Shown here: one piece after another, positions 1 to 12,340 of the stretch
How positions within the stretch are numbered: the stretch's first letter is position 1
Layout of the letters: each line of letters begins with the position of its first letter
Assembly (NCBI GenBank): GCA_904063045.1
Contig: CAJFCJ010000039.1
Location: 67,381-131,380, forward strand
Reading direction: 5' to 3'
DNA length: 64,000 nt
Source of the DNA: Dimorphilus gyrociliatus
Lineage: Eukaryota; Animalia; Annelida
Position numbers and translations under genes: made by a program
The notes under the pieces: generated by a model
What the model was told of the DNA's origin: nothing
Databases searched by the model: none
Seen by the model: only the letters and a program-made list of their open reading frames with translations

Positions 1-481
1 ATGTATCACTGTGTATAGTTTATCCGCGTGGTTTTGGCCTTTGTATATTTTGTACTTGGAAAGTAACCTTCTATATGCGCCGAATTAGTAAGATTTATAG
101 ACTCCACGAACTGGCTGATGGTTATATAAAAGACGATGGAAGGTGTTGATACTCTTCCATTCTTCTAATTTATAATCCTAACGGATCTGCAATACTTTCT
201 TCTTTATATAAAAAAAAATAAACTTTCTTTCAACTCGGTGCATAATTGAACAAAAAGGCCACAAGTACGTTTATTGAAAAATCTATAGGCCTAGGATAAC
301 GATAAATTAATAAAGTAAATCTTCGGGGGGAAAAATTCACTGCTATAGACAGCTAAACGCTAAATCTTGAAAAGGAAAGGTAGAAGGTATCTCAATTAAT
401 TAATTAACTAATTAATTAGTTAATTACTTTTATATTCTATAGAGTATAATTAATTACGTTTTGAGAGAGACAACATAGTGC

Positions 482-540
482 AGAGAGAGCGAGAGAGAGA
501 GAGAGAGAGAGTGGAGAGAGAGGAGGGAGAGAGAGAGAAG
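482..540. repeat. (AG)n microsatellite, followed by AT/GT tracts to about 630
   Basis: Direct reading. Confidence 0.9.
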
Positions 541-2431
541 GAGATGATGATGAGTGTATATATGTATGTATGTTGTGTGTATGTGTGTGTGTATTCGCGT
601 ATATATATATATATACATCTATGTGTGTATGCATGCATGTACATTTTACTTTACAGTGGAATGAACATTAAGAGAATTATTGTAAAACTATCTCAGTTTT
701 TTTTTTCTTTCTTTTTTTTATTTTTTAAGTTTCGGAACAAAAGAAGCGGAAAAATTGTCACGTGACAATGTCGAGATCAAAAAAATATTTGTTTGTAATT
801 TTATATCGTAAACAACAGACTATTAGTGTCAAATAACAAGCTGGCAAAAACATTTCAATCATTTGATAGGTGGGGTATAGGAGACTTTTACCTCTACAAT
901 ACGTAAATTAGTGCACTAATTTTTTATGCGTTTTATCAAATTGCTTCAAACGATACGTAGAAAAAAAAAGCTAATAAATAGTTATATGATAGCCATTCAG
1001 CTTACGTTCTCCCTTCTTTTCTCTCTTATTCATTTTGGGTCCTTTTTTTGCGCCTCAAAGAGCTATGCTTAATTAATTATGCAAAATTCCCTTCAGTTGG
1101 ATAACGACCTAATGCAATATTACTAGTTGTTGCATTCGTAAAATAAATCAATTTTCTGGACTCTGCACTTAAGTGTTCCATTAATCAACAAAGATATACT
1201 TTTCAATATTTTGATCACGTAAGATGGGCATTATACAGCAAACTTGTCTTTAAGACATCTGCAAAAAGTGCCAATCTGACACGACCAATATTCCAATAGA
1301 TATCCGAAAAGATTACAACTTGTCTCGCAAACTTGGTAGTTGACGTTAACAAAGATAAACTAAAGCACTTTTATACCCTACTAATCTTTTCTACAAGTTA
1401 TATAACCATACTACTTTTATCCACAAAGGAAACGGAACCTTCTCTTTCCTTTTGCAACTGACAGCTAGAATCGAAAAACACTGATTTTCACTCTAAAACA
1501 GCCAATTCTCACACTTTTAGCCTTTCGCAACTCGTAAGAACTTTTAAGTGATAAAAGGAGAAGGAGAAAAAGAAGAAGAAGAGAAATTTGTATATATTGT
1601 ATGCATTGTATTGCATGTAAAGAATTCAATATGTTTTTTTTTCTCCTCATTCTTATATCTCCTATTCATCTTCATCTTCATCCTCTTGTCCTCTCTCTCT
1701 CTCTCTCTCTCTTCTTTTACTTTTACTTTTTCTACTTAGCGTAACAAAACTGTTAACAACATTTTTAGCACTCCAAGGCTTAAGTGTTCCATTAATCAGG
1801 CAAGATAATTCTCTGTAAACAAGCCAACTGTCCGTGTTTATTTGCAAAGGCGAGCCGAGTTCTTAATTTATGCTAATTAGATTCGTTACCGGACGCCTAT
1901 CGACCCGATCAAGCAAAATTTTTCACGCAAATCGATAACAAAGAAGTTCCTAATCAATCAAAGCTTTTCTCTTTGTTTTTTTGTATTGTTGACGGTTTAT
2001 TGCTATCTGAGCTATATAACCTTGCAGAAAGCTCCTTACCAATAGCATGCTGCGTAATTACACGCAAAAACTTTTCATACTTTATAATAATGAAATATAT
2101 CTTTCCTATAGATTTGAATACTTAACAATATTATACAACATTCAATATAGAAGTATTATATAAATACACGTTATAAACTTGTTTCCTAGGCCTAAAAGTA
2201 AAAAAGTATTAATGACGTCGGGCAAAAATGCCTACATCAAAGTCGCGATTGATGTAGAAAAAATGTACATCTGCCAATTCAATGAGGCGTGTAATACGGG
2301 GAATGTAGGCGATTTTTTTCGTTCGTTTCGTCGTCTTTTTTCATATAGAACTCATTGTAAGCGAGCTAAAAAAATTTACATGCAGTTATACCTGGCGCCA
2401 ATTAGCAATGATTAGCAGGGTGTGGTGGGGT

Positions 2432-2445
2432 GTTGCCATAGCTAC
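2432..2445. promoter_or_regulatory. RFX X-box-like motif
   Basis: GTTGCCATAGCTAC, one mismatch to GTTGCCATAGCAAC. Confidence 0.35.
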
Positions 2446-5400
2446 GAACGCACCTTTTTTGGCAAACTTTTTTTTTCCCCCGCCGCTAATTATCTGATAG
2501 TCATTCTTGTACTTTGAATTTGTATTCTTTATCGGCTATTGACCATAAAAAATTTTTCCCACACTGTCTTTATTCTTCCACCACCTCCCTTCCCTTCCCG
2601 CTCCCCCCCCCCACCGTCTTCTCTTCACGTGGAAGAAAGTAATAATCAAGGTAAATAAATGCTAATGTTGCACAATAACATAGACGAAGTATATGGGAAT
2701 ATGACAATGACATTAGCGTACTTCCTGTCTTACTTTCTTTCAACCGCAGGCGTAATGCTTCTCTTAAGGTATTTTTTTTTGCGAAAGTGTATCTTTTATG
2801 TATGAAAGTCTTCTTAATTACTCTATGGATTTATCTACATAACTTGATTTACGTTTAACTAGCAATTAGTCTCTTCAACCAATCTTCTATCAGTTCTATC
2901 CTATGAACAAATTGAATTTTATACCTAATTTCAAAACTTGACCTTTTGTCCATCTTTTCCAAAGTATTTCCACTCATAATCGACAATATAGACGGAGTAA
3001 TAATGAACTAGTAAGGCAGTTCATTAGAAAAGAGATTTTTATAATCTTAGTCTGATAGATCTATTTGCTTAAAAAACCTACTTTCTTTTAATTAGAGTTC
3101 ATAATTTGGCTAAATCCCTGCGTGAGGCGTCTCTTTCATCTTTGCCGTTAACTTTTTACGTATTTACTGACTTTTATAGTTGACTGTACACAGTACCATT
3201 CGTACTATACGTGTATAGACAATTATATAGTGGAAAAGAAGAGAATAGAGTTATTTTAACAATTATACGTTTATGTCCGCAAAATACATCCTTCGTGCAT
3301 ATCTTATTTATATATTTAATTATGACAAGATACAATACTATATTTCTATAGAGAACTTGTAGTTTATCTCTTGTATATTACGTATTATAGGGTATTATTA
3401 TATGATATTAAGAATACTGTATATATCTTAGAACAGGTATATTGTATATAATATTTAATTTAAAATAATATACACATATTCTAAAGCGTAATTTTGAGGG
3501 ATAATTGGAAATGGGGATATTGGATTATAGAAGCTATAAGAAAGTAGCTTCTTTCGTTCTTTTCCTCCCATCTCTTCTTACCCTCTCTCCGTAAGAACTA
3601 ATAGACAAAAAATGGTTTAATGACACGATAATTTGTTTTAAACATAAGCAGAGTTTTTAAGGTTATTTTGATTTAAATAAACTATATGTCACGAGAAATT
3701 GCTCCATAATTAATCTTACGCTTCGTTTCAGTTCATTCTCTCCCCAAACAATATTACTGACAACTTTGCTCTGAATTATTAACGTGAATATCGACTTTTG
3801 TACAGTCCATAAAATTTAGCAAACACGATAAAAATCATTAAAGTTTGAAACGTTCTAGCATCGGATTTCTCCCTCCCTCCCTCTCTCTCTCTCTCTCTTT
3901 TTCAAGAAACTCAAATCATTCTTCCATTTTATTGTGTTTATTTAAAGAAATTCGACAATTTTCACACGCTTCTGCCAACACTTAAAATGGCCGAACTACA
4001 TATTAAGCTCTGTTTTAATATTGCCTCTTTTTTTTTGTTCTGCATAATTAATTTCGCATGCTGCCTGTTTTTGGTTTCAATTCGAAATTTAATCGGATCC
4101 AACTTCCTTTACCAACTCTTTAAATTCAGTAATTTTGTAATATGGTAGGCTCATACATTCTATTTGCAGGCAGGTTAAAGCTATGAATAGCGATAGTTAT
4201 AAAGTTTATCAAACTTTCGTATGTTTCAACAACATTAAAACCATATTACCGCTAAATCAAGAACAACTTTACAAAAGGATTAGCGTAGTAATATTTGCAT
4301 AAACAAGCAATCTGCCATGCATTAATGGCGCTGATTCAATATGCCTTAAGAACGATTTCGAGTAGGAAATGTCAACAATAAAAAATTTGTAATCGTATTT
4401 AACGGAAGTGGGTTAAAATACTGCTACTACGTACATAGATGCTATTCTTACGTAAAAAATATGGGAGGGGGGAGGAGTTGTACGCTTTAGGAAAATACTC
4501 GGCCTTTTAGCTCAAATGTAAACTCAAATGCTTGGGTGAATACAGGCTAAATACCTAATAATTAGCGACGCCATTAAAATATTACAACCTCTTCTCTTCC
4601 TTCAGCCCCTTCTTTACTCGCTTAGTTTAGCGAAACACTGATAAAAAATAGGCCTAAATCATTCTCCCTCTTTTTTTCTATGTACAAATATAAAATTCCA
4701 ACAATAAAGTGTTAAATATCAAAACACAGTTTTTTTATTCTACTTCAATACATAGCAGTTTTTCAAATTGTACACAATTGCCAGCCAACCAACCACCCTG
4801 GTTTTCCCCTGTTCTGCCCATACAACAGACACATCTTGCGACCGAAAAACAAATAGAGGCCTATAGCCTCACGGTCATAAAACAGTCGCTTTATAACACA
4901 GAAATGCACTCTCTGACTGCGAGGCAAAAATTTTAAGATGGCCGACATGTTAAACGGCAGCTAATTAAGAAAACCACTACTTTTCTCCCTTCTTCACGCA
5001 CGAATAGGAAAAGAGGTTAGCTGAGGGGTTAATAAAGCGAGCGCTCGAACGAAGGTGAAGGTCGTTTTCGGCGTGAGAAACGCCCATAGATTCCTAGGAT
5101 CTAAAGAGAAATATACTGTTCACACTTCTTTCTTTTTTCTTCCTCTCTTCAACATTTTTTATTATTCCTTTCAGAATTCTCTCTTCGCTTATTCTAATTA
5201 ATTTATAATTATTAACAGTGAAGAGTGAATTTCAATACCCTTATTGGGGGCTGGTTGCAATAGGCAGGACAAGTTGGGTCATTCCTCAATAGGTAGAAAT
5301 TCTTTCAATAGTCCTAAATACACTGTTAGACTATTGGTCTATTATTTCCTCCTCTTTTTTCGTTCTCCGACTGAGTTTTTCTTTTATTCTTTCTCTCTCT

Positions 5401-8320
5401 CCCTCCTCTATGTCTCTCTCTGTCTCTGTCTCTCTCTTTCTGTCTGTCTGTCTCTTTCTCTCTTTATTATCCTACCTTGTCTCTCGTTATCCGTGTATTC
5501 TTTCTATCTATTTTGGTACTGATCATTACATTCTCTGCCCTCTCTTTTAGCGTTCCAACTATCACTTAATAAAAGAATAGCGTAAAACACGTAGAACGCT
5601 TTCGAGTTAGTTAATAATTGTTAAGATTAGTCTAACACGTTTTAAATAATGTGGAGAGTATGATATGAATACTTGGGCCAATAGAATGCAGAGGAGGAAA
5701 TAGCGGGGCTTTATAATTGAAGGGTTTTCTTTCGTCAAGACATGGAAGGAGAAAAAGACTTCTTTGATCATTTGTCAATGAGTTACTATAGAGGTGAAGG
5801 TCGTTCTGAGGACGATGTCGATATGTTTGTACTGATTTTTGCTGCGAGCGCTGCAAAACACACCTGCCTTTTTACACCTGCTATTCCTGCTTTTCTTGCA
5901 TAATAGATTGATGAGTTTGTTCAAAGATTTTCCTCTAAGATAGTCGACAATTGTCTCCGTATTTATCTTCTACATGTAATAAGATGTCTAACAAGCAGTC
6001 ATTTTAAAATCCCTCTGACTTGATTAATACGGTCTTCTCTTCATCCCCTTTTCCCTAGTGTCGTTTCAGACTAAGAAAAACACTGTTTCGATATCTATTA
6101 ACTGGAACGTTGGCGTTCAAAGATAGCAATATCCGTGCTCTAATTAACAAGATGAAGTGAATGATCAAACGAAAAGCGCTACCTTAATGAGAGTATGTTA
6201 TACAAAGGTCAAAATAAATGAGAATGAAGAATTTAGGATTGAGAGAGAAATATCACTATCGGTCGCAGTTATGTATCATCCTTGCTGACAAATTGGAGGT
6301 CATACTTGGGAAGATATCTTCCAATTACTAGTTAGAAAAATTCCATAACAAGAGGACAGTTTATGGCACTAACTGCCCCAGAAATGATTGTTTTGGGGGT
6401 GGATGGGGAAAAGTGGGTGGAAATGAAATTGGCCTGCTGACTACCAGGCACCGAAGAGGAAAGGGTAGGGAGATCAGTTTGGAATTCAATTCAATCGTTT
6501 GTCAACGAAAGTACAACGAGTTTGTCAAGTGGAACACCTGGTGCGCTTTTTTCTTTCACAACACGAACCGGTGCAAAAACTCGATTAAAATTTGTAAGAT
6601 CGATTTTTTTCGAGCTCAACTGCACGGCACAAGGTAATGGAATAAACGAAGGATTAAAACCAGTTAATCGGTCTCTATAGACCTGTAATCCTGATCAACT
6701 TAATTCGGCTTGTAAGAATATTGAGGCGGTCGACTCGATCGTGAAAAATTCGATAATTTGACGTGATCTAGACGTGCTTAATTTGATTGTAGAAATTCGA
6801 CTGGTGAAAATTCGATAATCTTACGTGATCCTTATATACGTTGCGGTAGATTTTGGCTTTTTATTCGTTTTTCCTTTCTCCTTATTCTTTTCTTTTTATC
6901 TATTTTATATTCTCTTTCTTTCGCTTTCACTTTCACCTTATCCTTAGCATCATCCCCTTGTATTACTATCTTTCTTTCTTCTCTTTTCATTTGTAACGAT
7001 CCTCTTTCCCGCCACCGCGCCCTTATCCTTTTCCTCAATTTCATTATCATCGTCATTATCACCATTATCACTATCAATTTTCTACTCCACCCTTTTTTCT
7101 ATTCCTATAATTTATTCGAAAGCAAAGAAAACCTTCCATCTTCTAATTCTCTCTCTCTATCATTTTTCTTCGATTGTCCATCAATTGAAAATTTGTTTGA
7201 CGGATAAAAAAACTAGAAATGTTTTTTAAGTAGCATCTGTTGTTCTCTACCTTATCGAATATCATTGAATAAAATCAACTAATTACTAAAACACGTGCTG
7301 TCTGTATAATTTATGATAAAAAATGAAATTAAGCTTGATACATAGGTAGAATAAAAAAATTATTGACTGCCTCCACCCTTTCTCTCTCTCTCTTTCTCTC
7401 TCTTTCTATCTCTATATCTCTCTTGTAGAGTACATCAACCTTTGTAGCACTCGCTCAGGTGACTATTACAACGCCTATATTGATGTTAAACCGGGGCCAA
7501 CAAATGCTAGCAAACACGTATATTTCGCTAAATACACAAAGATAGGCTATATATATATATCATCCAATTTGATTGAATTATTCAACTTAAAGAATAAGAG
7601 AATTGAATTGAAACGGCAGAATAAAACTGTAAAATTAATAAGCGCTATTCAAACAGTATTGCACAAAAGAACCCCCCCCCCGTCATCATCATTTGTAACG
7701 TCTATGTATTATGGAATTCCTTGTTAGACAAGTTTCTCACAGTAAAAGTGAAAGCCGTATTTGAAATTATGTGTTTAAAAGGGATTTTTTTTGCAACGTT
7801 CGAGTTAATTCAGAGTGTTCTTGGTTTCTCCTTTTAGTAGTACCTCAGCTTATCTAACCACGAATAATAACAGTCAAAAAACTCTTACATCAAATGTTTA
7901 CACTTTCTTGTTAAATTTGTTGAGCTTCAAATATTTACTTTGTCTAAATATATGTTTAAGCCACAAACTGATAGTCTTTATATGTAAAAATTACACGGAA
8001 TTCTCGGTTAAAATAGGCCAAACACTGGATATTCCAACGAGCGACTTAACACCTAAATAGATACTGTTCAAGCGTTGTGAACAGACGACTGAATGCCGAG
8101 CAAACATTCTGGTGTATTGAATATTTTCAAACTGCGTTTAGCCGTAGCAGTCTATTAACGCTTAATAATACGCCCTCGTTTTTTGTATTATTCTATTGTC
8201 GCTCAATCGAACGACCCTTTACACCCTTAACCGCCATTTTCATTGCTTGGCCTTTTTCATAAACGTATCCTCCTTCTCAATTGGCTTCATTTTCTTGAAG
8301 GAAACAGGCACCAAGACACT

Positions 8321-8334
8321 GTTGCCTTGGTAAC
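8321..8334. promoter_or_regulatory. RFX X-box motif
   Basis: GTTGCCTTGGTAAC fits GTNRCC-NN-RGYAAC. Confidence 0.5.
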
Positions 8335-9716
8335 GAATTGTGCTCATACCTCTAATTATTAATCAGCACTCTTTACTCTTTTACTTTCAATTTTTATCTT
8401 TAATTATCTATTTGTCGTTTGTTCTTTATTAACTGTCCATTAGTTATGAATAAATCAGTTGATAAGCTTAGTCGATGATATTTACTTGTTCATCTATCTT
8501 CTCTAAGCTTCACTACTCTTTTCGTTTTGTCCTCAATCCCTGACCTCTCCTCGCTCTCTCTCTCTCCCCCTCTCCCCCGTTATTCTTCTTTCTTCCCTTC
8601 CCTTTTGTTTGCCATGTCTTATCCTTAGTTTTCCTCGGCTCTTTAACCCCCACCCTCCCCTGCAACGCAATCTTCCCTTCCCCCCCCCACACACTCACTT
8701 ACTCATATCGGCCCTTTTCTCAACTGTTGAATTTGTTTGAGCACATTCAACCAAACCTTAAAGCTGAATTATAATAAATCTTCATTCTCTCATTTAAAAA
8801 ATCCGAGTTCTTTTTTTTCACCAGAAATAGTCCGCTTGAATAGTAATCCTTTAATAACTCAGATCTGTTTTCTTTTTCTAATCAATCAAATTTCCACAAT
8901 AGAAACACAATAGATACAATTATGAAGCCATATTAAGCGATGGTTTTAAAATGCTTTTATATAGGCTACTATAAGGCGTCTCTTTCAACGTCTGCGCGTT
9001 CTGCCATGCAAACTTTCAAAGATGAGAAGATTAAAGCTATATTTCCATTATAAAAGTAATCGAGATGTCTTAAAATCCATTTGGTATCCTTCGACCGTTT
9101 AAGCAGAATATTTGCGTTTAAGTCGAGGGAAGAGGGATGTGGGCGGGGGAATATGAGAAAATATGAACAAATTAGTTGGTAATATAAAGGATTAAGAGCA
9201 TAAATCTTGTAGTGTCATTTATTCAATTGAATTTTGAACAATCTAGTGAAATAATATGTACAGTATATGTTTATAATATGAGAAAATAGAAGAAGTATAT
9301 ATATACTGTATATATATACTATATATATATATTTCTATATGTATATACATGTACAGCATGTATATATATATATATATTTCATTGTTCAGACTTCTTTGCG
9401 TTAACCTAGCGTTAATTATTGACGTAACAGTCGGTCTGCTCTCTATTACAATCATTAGACTCGCCGTCACGATTTTGCTTTGTTTCTCTGTTCCCTGAGT
9501 AAAAATTGTGAGCTTTCCACCAGTTGGATTATGTGAATTATAAAAGAGAATTGAAGGAAAAGAAGTCAATGCTTCTAAATGGTGTTGTGTCCGTTTAAAA
9601 ACGTTGTTAGTTTGTTCAGAGAGAAAGAAGATAGATAGAAAGAGGATAATTAAAATTTAAGTACGTGTAGACTGTGGTTACCAAGCTACTTTTGTGCACC
9701 GTGTATCGACCGACCG

Positions 9717-9730
9717 CCGCCACCTGCGCC
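9717..9730 (-). promoter_or_regulatory. CTCF-like motif
   Basis: GGCGCAGGTGGCGG on (-) versus consensus CCASYAGRKGGCRS. Confidence 0.4.
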
Positions 9731-10059
9731 GCCTCGTTATAAACACGTGATTTTTATATTGCCGGTGCACACTGTACATCATTTTGTACATTTTTGAAAA
9801 AGAAAAACGTTTATCCATTATTGCTTTATGTGAGTAACTTTACCTTTTCAGGAATTTCCACAAAGCTCTCTAAACACCGTAATGACATTTGGTAAAAGAT
9901 AATTTCATATACTTAATCTACTAATAAATTCTTTTAATAAATTTATACATTTCTTATGATTAGTTAATAAATTTATATTTACTCGTCAGCATTTCAAAAC
10001 ATTTATACACGTATACAAGTTTATAACAAAAGGGATCTGATTAAACACATTTGATAATA

Positions 10060-10130
<71 letters not shown>

Positions 10131-10162
10131 CGCTCGCTCTATCTATCTATCTATCTATCTAT
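10060..10162. repeat. Compound microsatellite (CT)n(CGCT)n(ATCT)n
   Basis: Direct reading. Confidence 0.95.
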
Positions 10163-11151
10163 TTCACTCTCCCGTTCTCTCTTTTTCTCATTCTCTTTGA
10201 CAAAGCAGCATATGTATGAATAAATGCAGTATGATATATATATATATATATGTCTGTATACACTGTATTCATATTAATAACTGTATAAAACTGTATATAT
10301 GTCTACTCAGAATACAAATATATATGCTTTGGTGTATCTAGCAATTCTTATACTCTATACTATTGACATATACCAATGATTATATATTTGAAAAGAAATA
10401 TATATACTTCGTATGGAACATATTTCTTTTCTCTTATTTCCCTCTACTTATATTTTTTTTTTATATATTAATATATTAATGTGCCTACGCATTAAGCTAT
10501 TCAGACAATCATAGACATCTTGTCTTTATCCTTTAGAATTCTTAGTCGAGGGTCCAAACAATCATTCTATATGCTTATATACACGTCTATTAAAAATTCT
10601 TTTTATACGTTTCTTCTATTTATGAATAAACACATGTATACACAGACGCACACATATATATCTATATAATATATATGTCTAAAGCCTTATATATTTAAAT
10701 AAGGTTATATTGTTGTATATAAAAAATTTGTGAATATTCATAAATAAATAAAAATAAATAATAAAAATATATGCAGAGAATATATTTTGATAGGATTTGT
10801 ATACATTGTTCAAAAATATAGGATTCTTTTTTTGTGTTCAATTCAAATTGAAACTTAACAATAAAGGTAAATTAATATATATATATATATGATTTCTTTT
10901 TTCTGTTTCCTTTTTGTATTCTCTTCCTATCTCTTCGAATGTATAGTTTTATTATTCAATCATTCGTTCACTCCACAACACACACACACACACACGTACA
11001 AGCACGCACATACATACATATATTCATACACGTACACCGTAATTACACGTTCAAAATCATTGTTATACAAATTACGGAGAAATAGAATATTATACTCAAA
11101 CATCACACCTAAAACAAAAATGAAAATATAAAAGAATTAACGTAGACTTAC

Positions 11152-11226
11152 TTCTTCGTCGGGATTCGTATTAACCGAATCCATACTTTGAGAAAGAGCT
11201 ATCGAATTTTCCGTATTCAAAGCCAT
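11152..11226 (-). CDS. cpo: First coding exon of couch potato / RBPMS / MEC-8 family RRM protein (partial gene)
   Basis: ATG at 11226 gives MALNTENSIALSQSMDSVNTNPDEE, then a phase-0 GTAAGT donor. This matches the Drosophila Cpo segment LSQSMDSVNTASNEEE, recalled from memory, which directly precedes the RRM (VRTLFVSGLP). Too short for the ORF track. Confidence 0.8.
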
Positions 11227-11320
11227 TTCACTTTGCAAGCATGTGTTTCGCTGGCTCGGATATGACTGTCTGCCGATTTTTTTACCTGTTCTCCCACGGT
11301 GGCGCCGTTTTATTCGAAAA

Positions 11321-11352
11321 GTGACGTCACGGAATAAGAAGCCTTTGATTGG
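11321..11352 (-). promoter_or_regulatory. Proximal promoter of cpo-like gene: palindromic CRE plus CCAAT box
   Basis: GTGACGTCAC palindrome at 11321-11330 and ATTGG (CCAAT on -) at 11348-11352, about 100-125 nt upstream of the ATG. Confidence 0.55.
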
Positions 11353-12249
11353 ACAAAAGCTGTGCGGTTGGGTGTTGTATCGTTAAATTGGGGAAAATAA
11401 TATGAATTGATAGACGAATAACAAACTGTGAATATTATGATGAAATTAACGGGTAAATATAGAGAGAAAGAGGGAGAGAGGTGAGAGGGAGAGAACGTAG
11501 GAGAGGAATAGAGGAGTAGCGCTGAATTTTATAAATAGATACAAAAAATTGGGGTTCGTGTGAAAGAAAAAAATTTCTTTCAATTCTAATCCATAAGAAA
11601 AGGGATTGAATAAAATCAAGTCTTTTATTTAGTTAACGTCATTGTCGTCATCCGGTTAGCTAATCATCTTGAAAAGTTCATCTAAGCGCAATAGATTGTC
11701 TGACAAGTGCTATTTTAAAGATAAATAGATGAAGCAGGTTACTTTACTCCTTTTCTCTTTAGTAAAGAAACATTTACAAGCCACACCCAAAATGGATTAG
11801 CTTTAAATTATCTTGGTACATATTCTAACTTAACTTAGTTATCAAACGGAAGAATAGCGGTAGAATGGGAGACGGAGACGGCACATTCATCAATCAGGAA
11901 TATACTTAATATTAATATACACAATAGATAATAACTCGTTCAAATTTTAGCCTATATATAAACACCTTGAATACTATTATAGATGTGAGAGATTGAGAGA
12001 AAAAGAGCCGCTATATGTTTCCTTATACAGTATAAATCGACAGTCATTTTATCATTCTCTCTCTTTTTCTCCACTTTGGGTATTTGATTAAATAAAAGGT
12101 ATTTATTTTTTTATTTAATCTCTTCATTTGATCTATTTAATGGATACGCAATTTTGCTAATTGACTCGTCAAAATTATCACTTTTTTATTTTCCAAGCCA
12201 ATAAGCAAATTTCTTTTTCTTAAATCAAATTTTCAATTACCTGCCAGGT

Positions 12250-12261
12250 AGAGAGAGAGAC

Positions 12262-12336
<75 letters not shown>

Positions 12337-12340
12337 GACA
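12250..12340. repeat. Compound microsatellite (AG)n(AT)n(AG)n(ACAG)n
   Basis: Direct reading. Confidence 0.95.

Larger units (their letters stand above)
1..11151 (-). other. Intron 1 of the couch potato/RBPMS-like gene, continuing beyond the left window edge
   Basis: GTAAGT donor starts at 11151 (-). A manual search of 1-11150 for the expected next RRM exons (VRTLFVSGLP..., GVRFDP..., LEFAK) found none, so they probably lie left of the window. Confidence 0.65.

Noticed and set aside
437-765. Short ORFs rich in ER/SL/YI/HT here and throughout the ORF track (e.g. 12233, 35887-36225, 43555-43853, 44857-45207, 47252-47690)
   Set aside because: Translations of (AG)n, (AT)n and (AC)n microsatellites, with no domains or splice logic.
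4498-4512. U2 snRNA-like 15-mer CTCGGCCTTTTAGCT
   Set aside because: Similarity stops immediately, with no branch-pairing GTAGTA or Sm site. Treated as chance.
9492-9511. miR-125/lin-4-like sequence TCCCTGAGTAAAAATTGTGA
   Set aside because: The middle differs from miR-125. The local hairpin puts the seed in the loop and the rest in the 3' arm, whereas miR-125 is a 5' arm product. No let-7 or miR-100 nearby.
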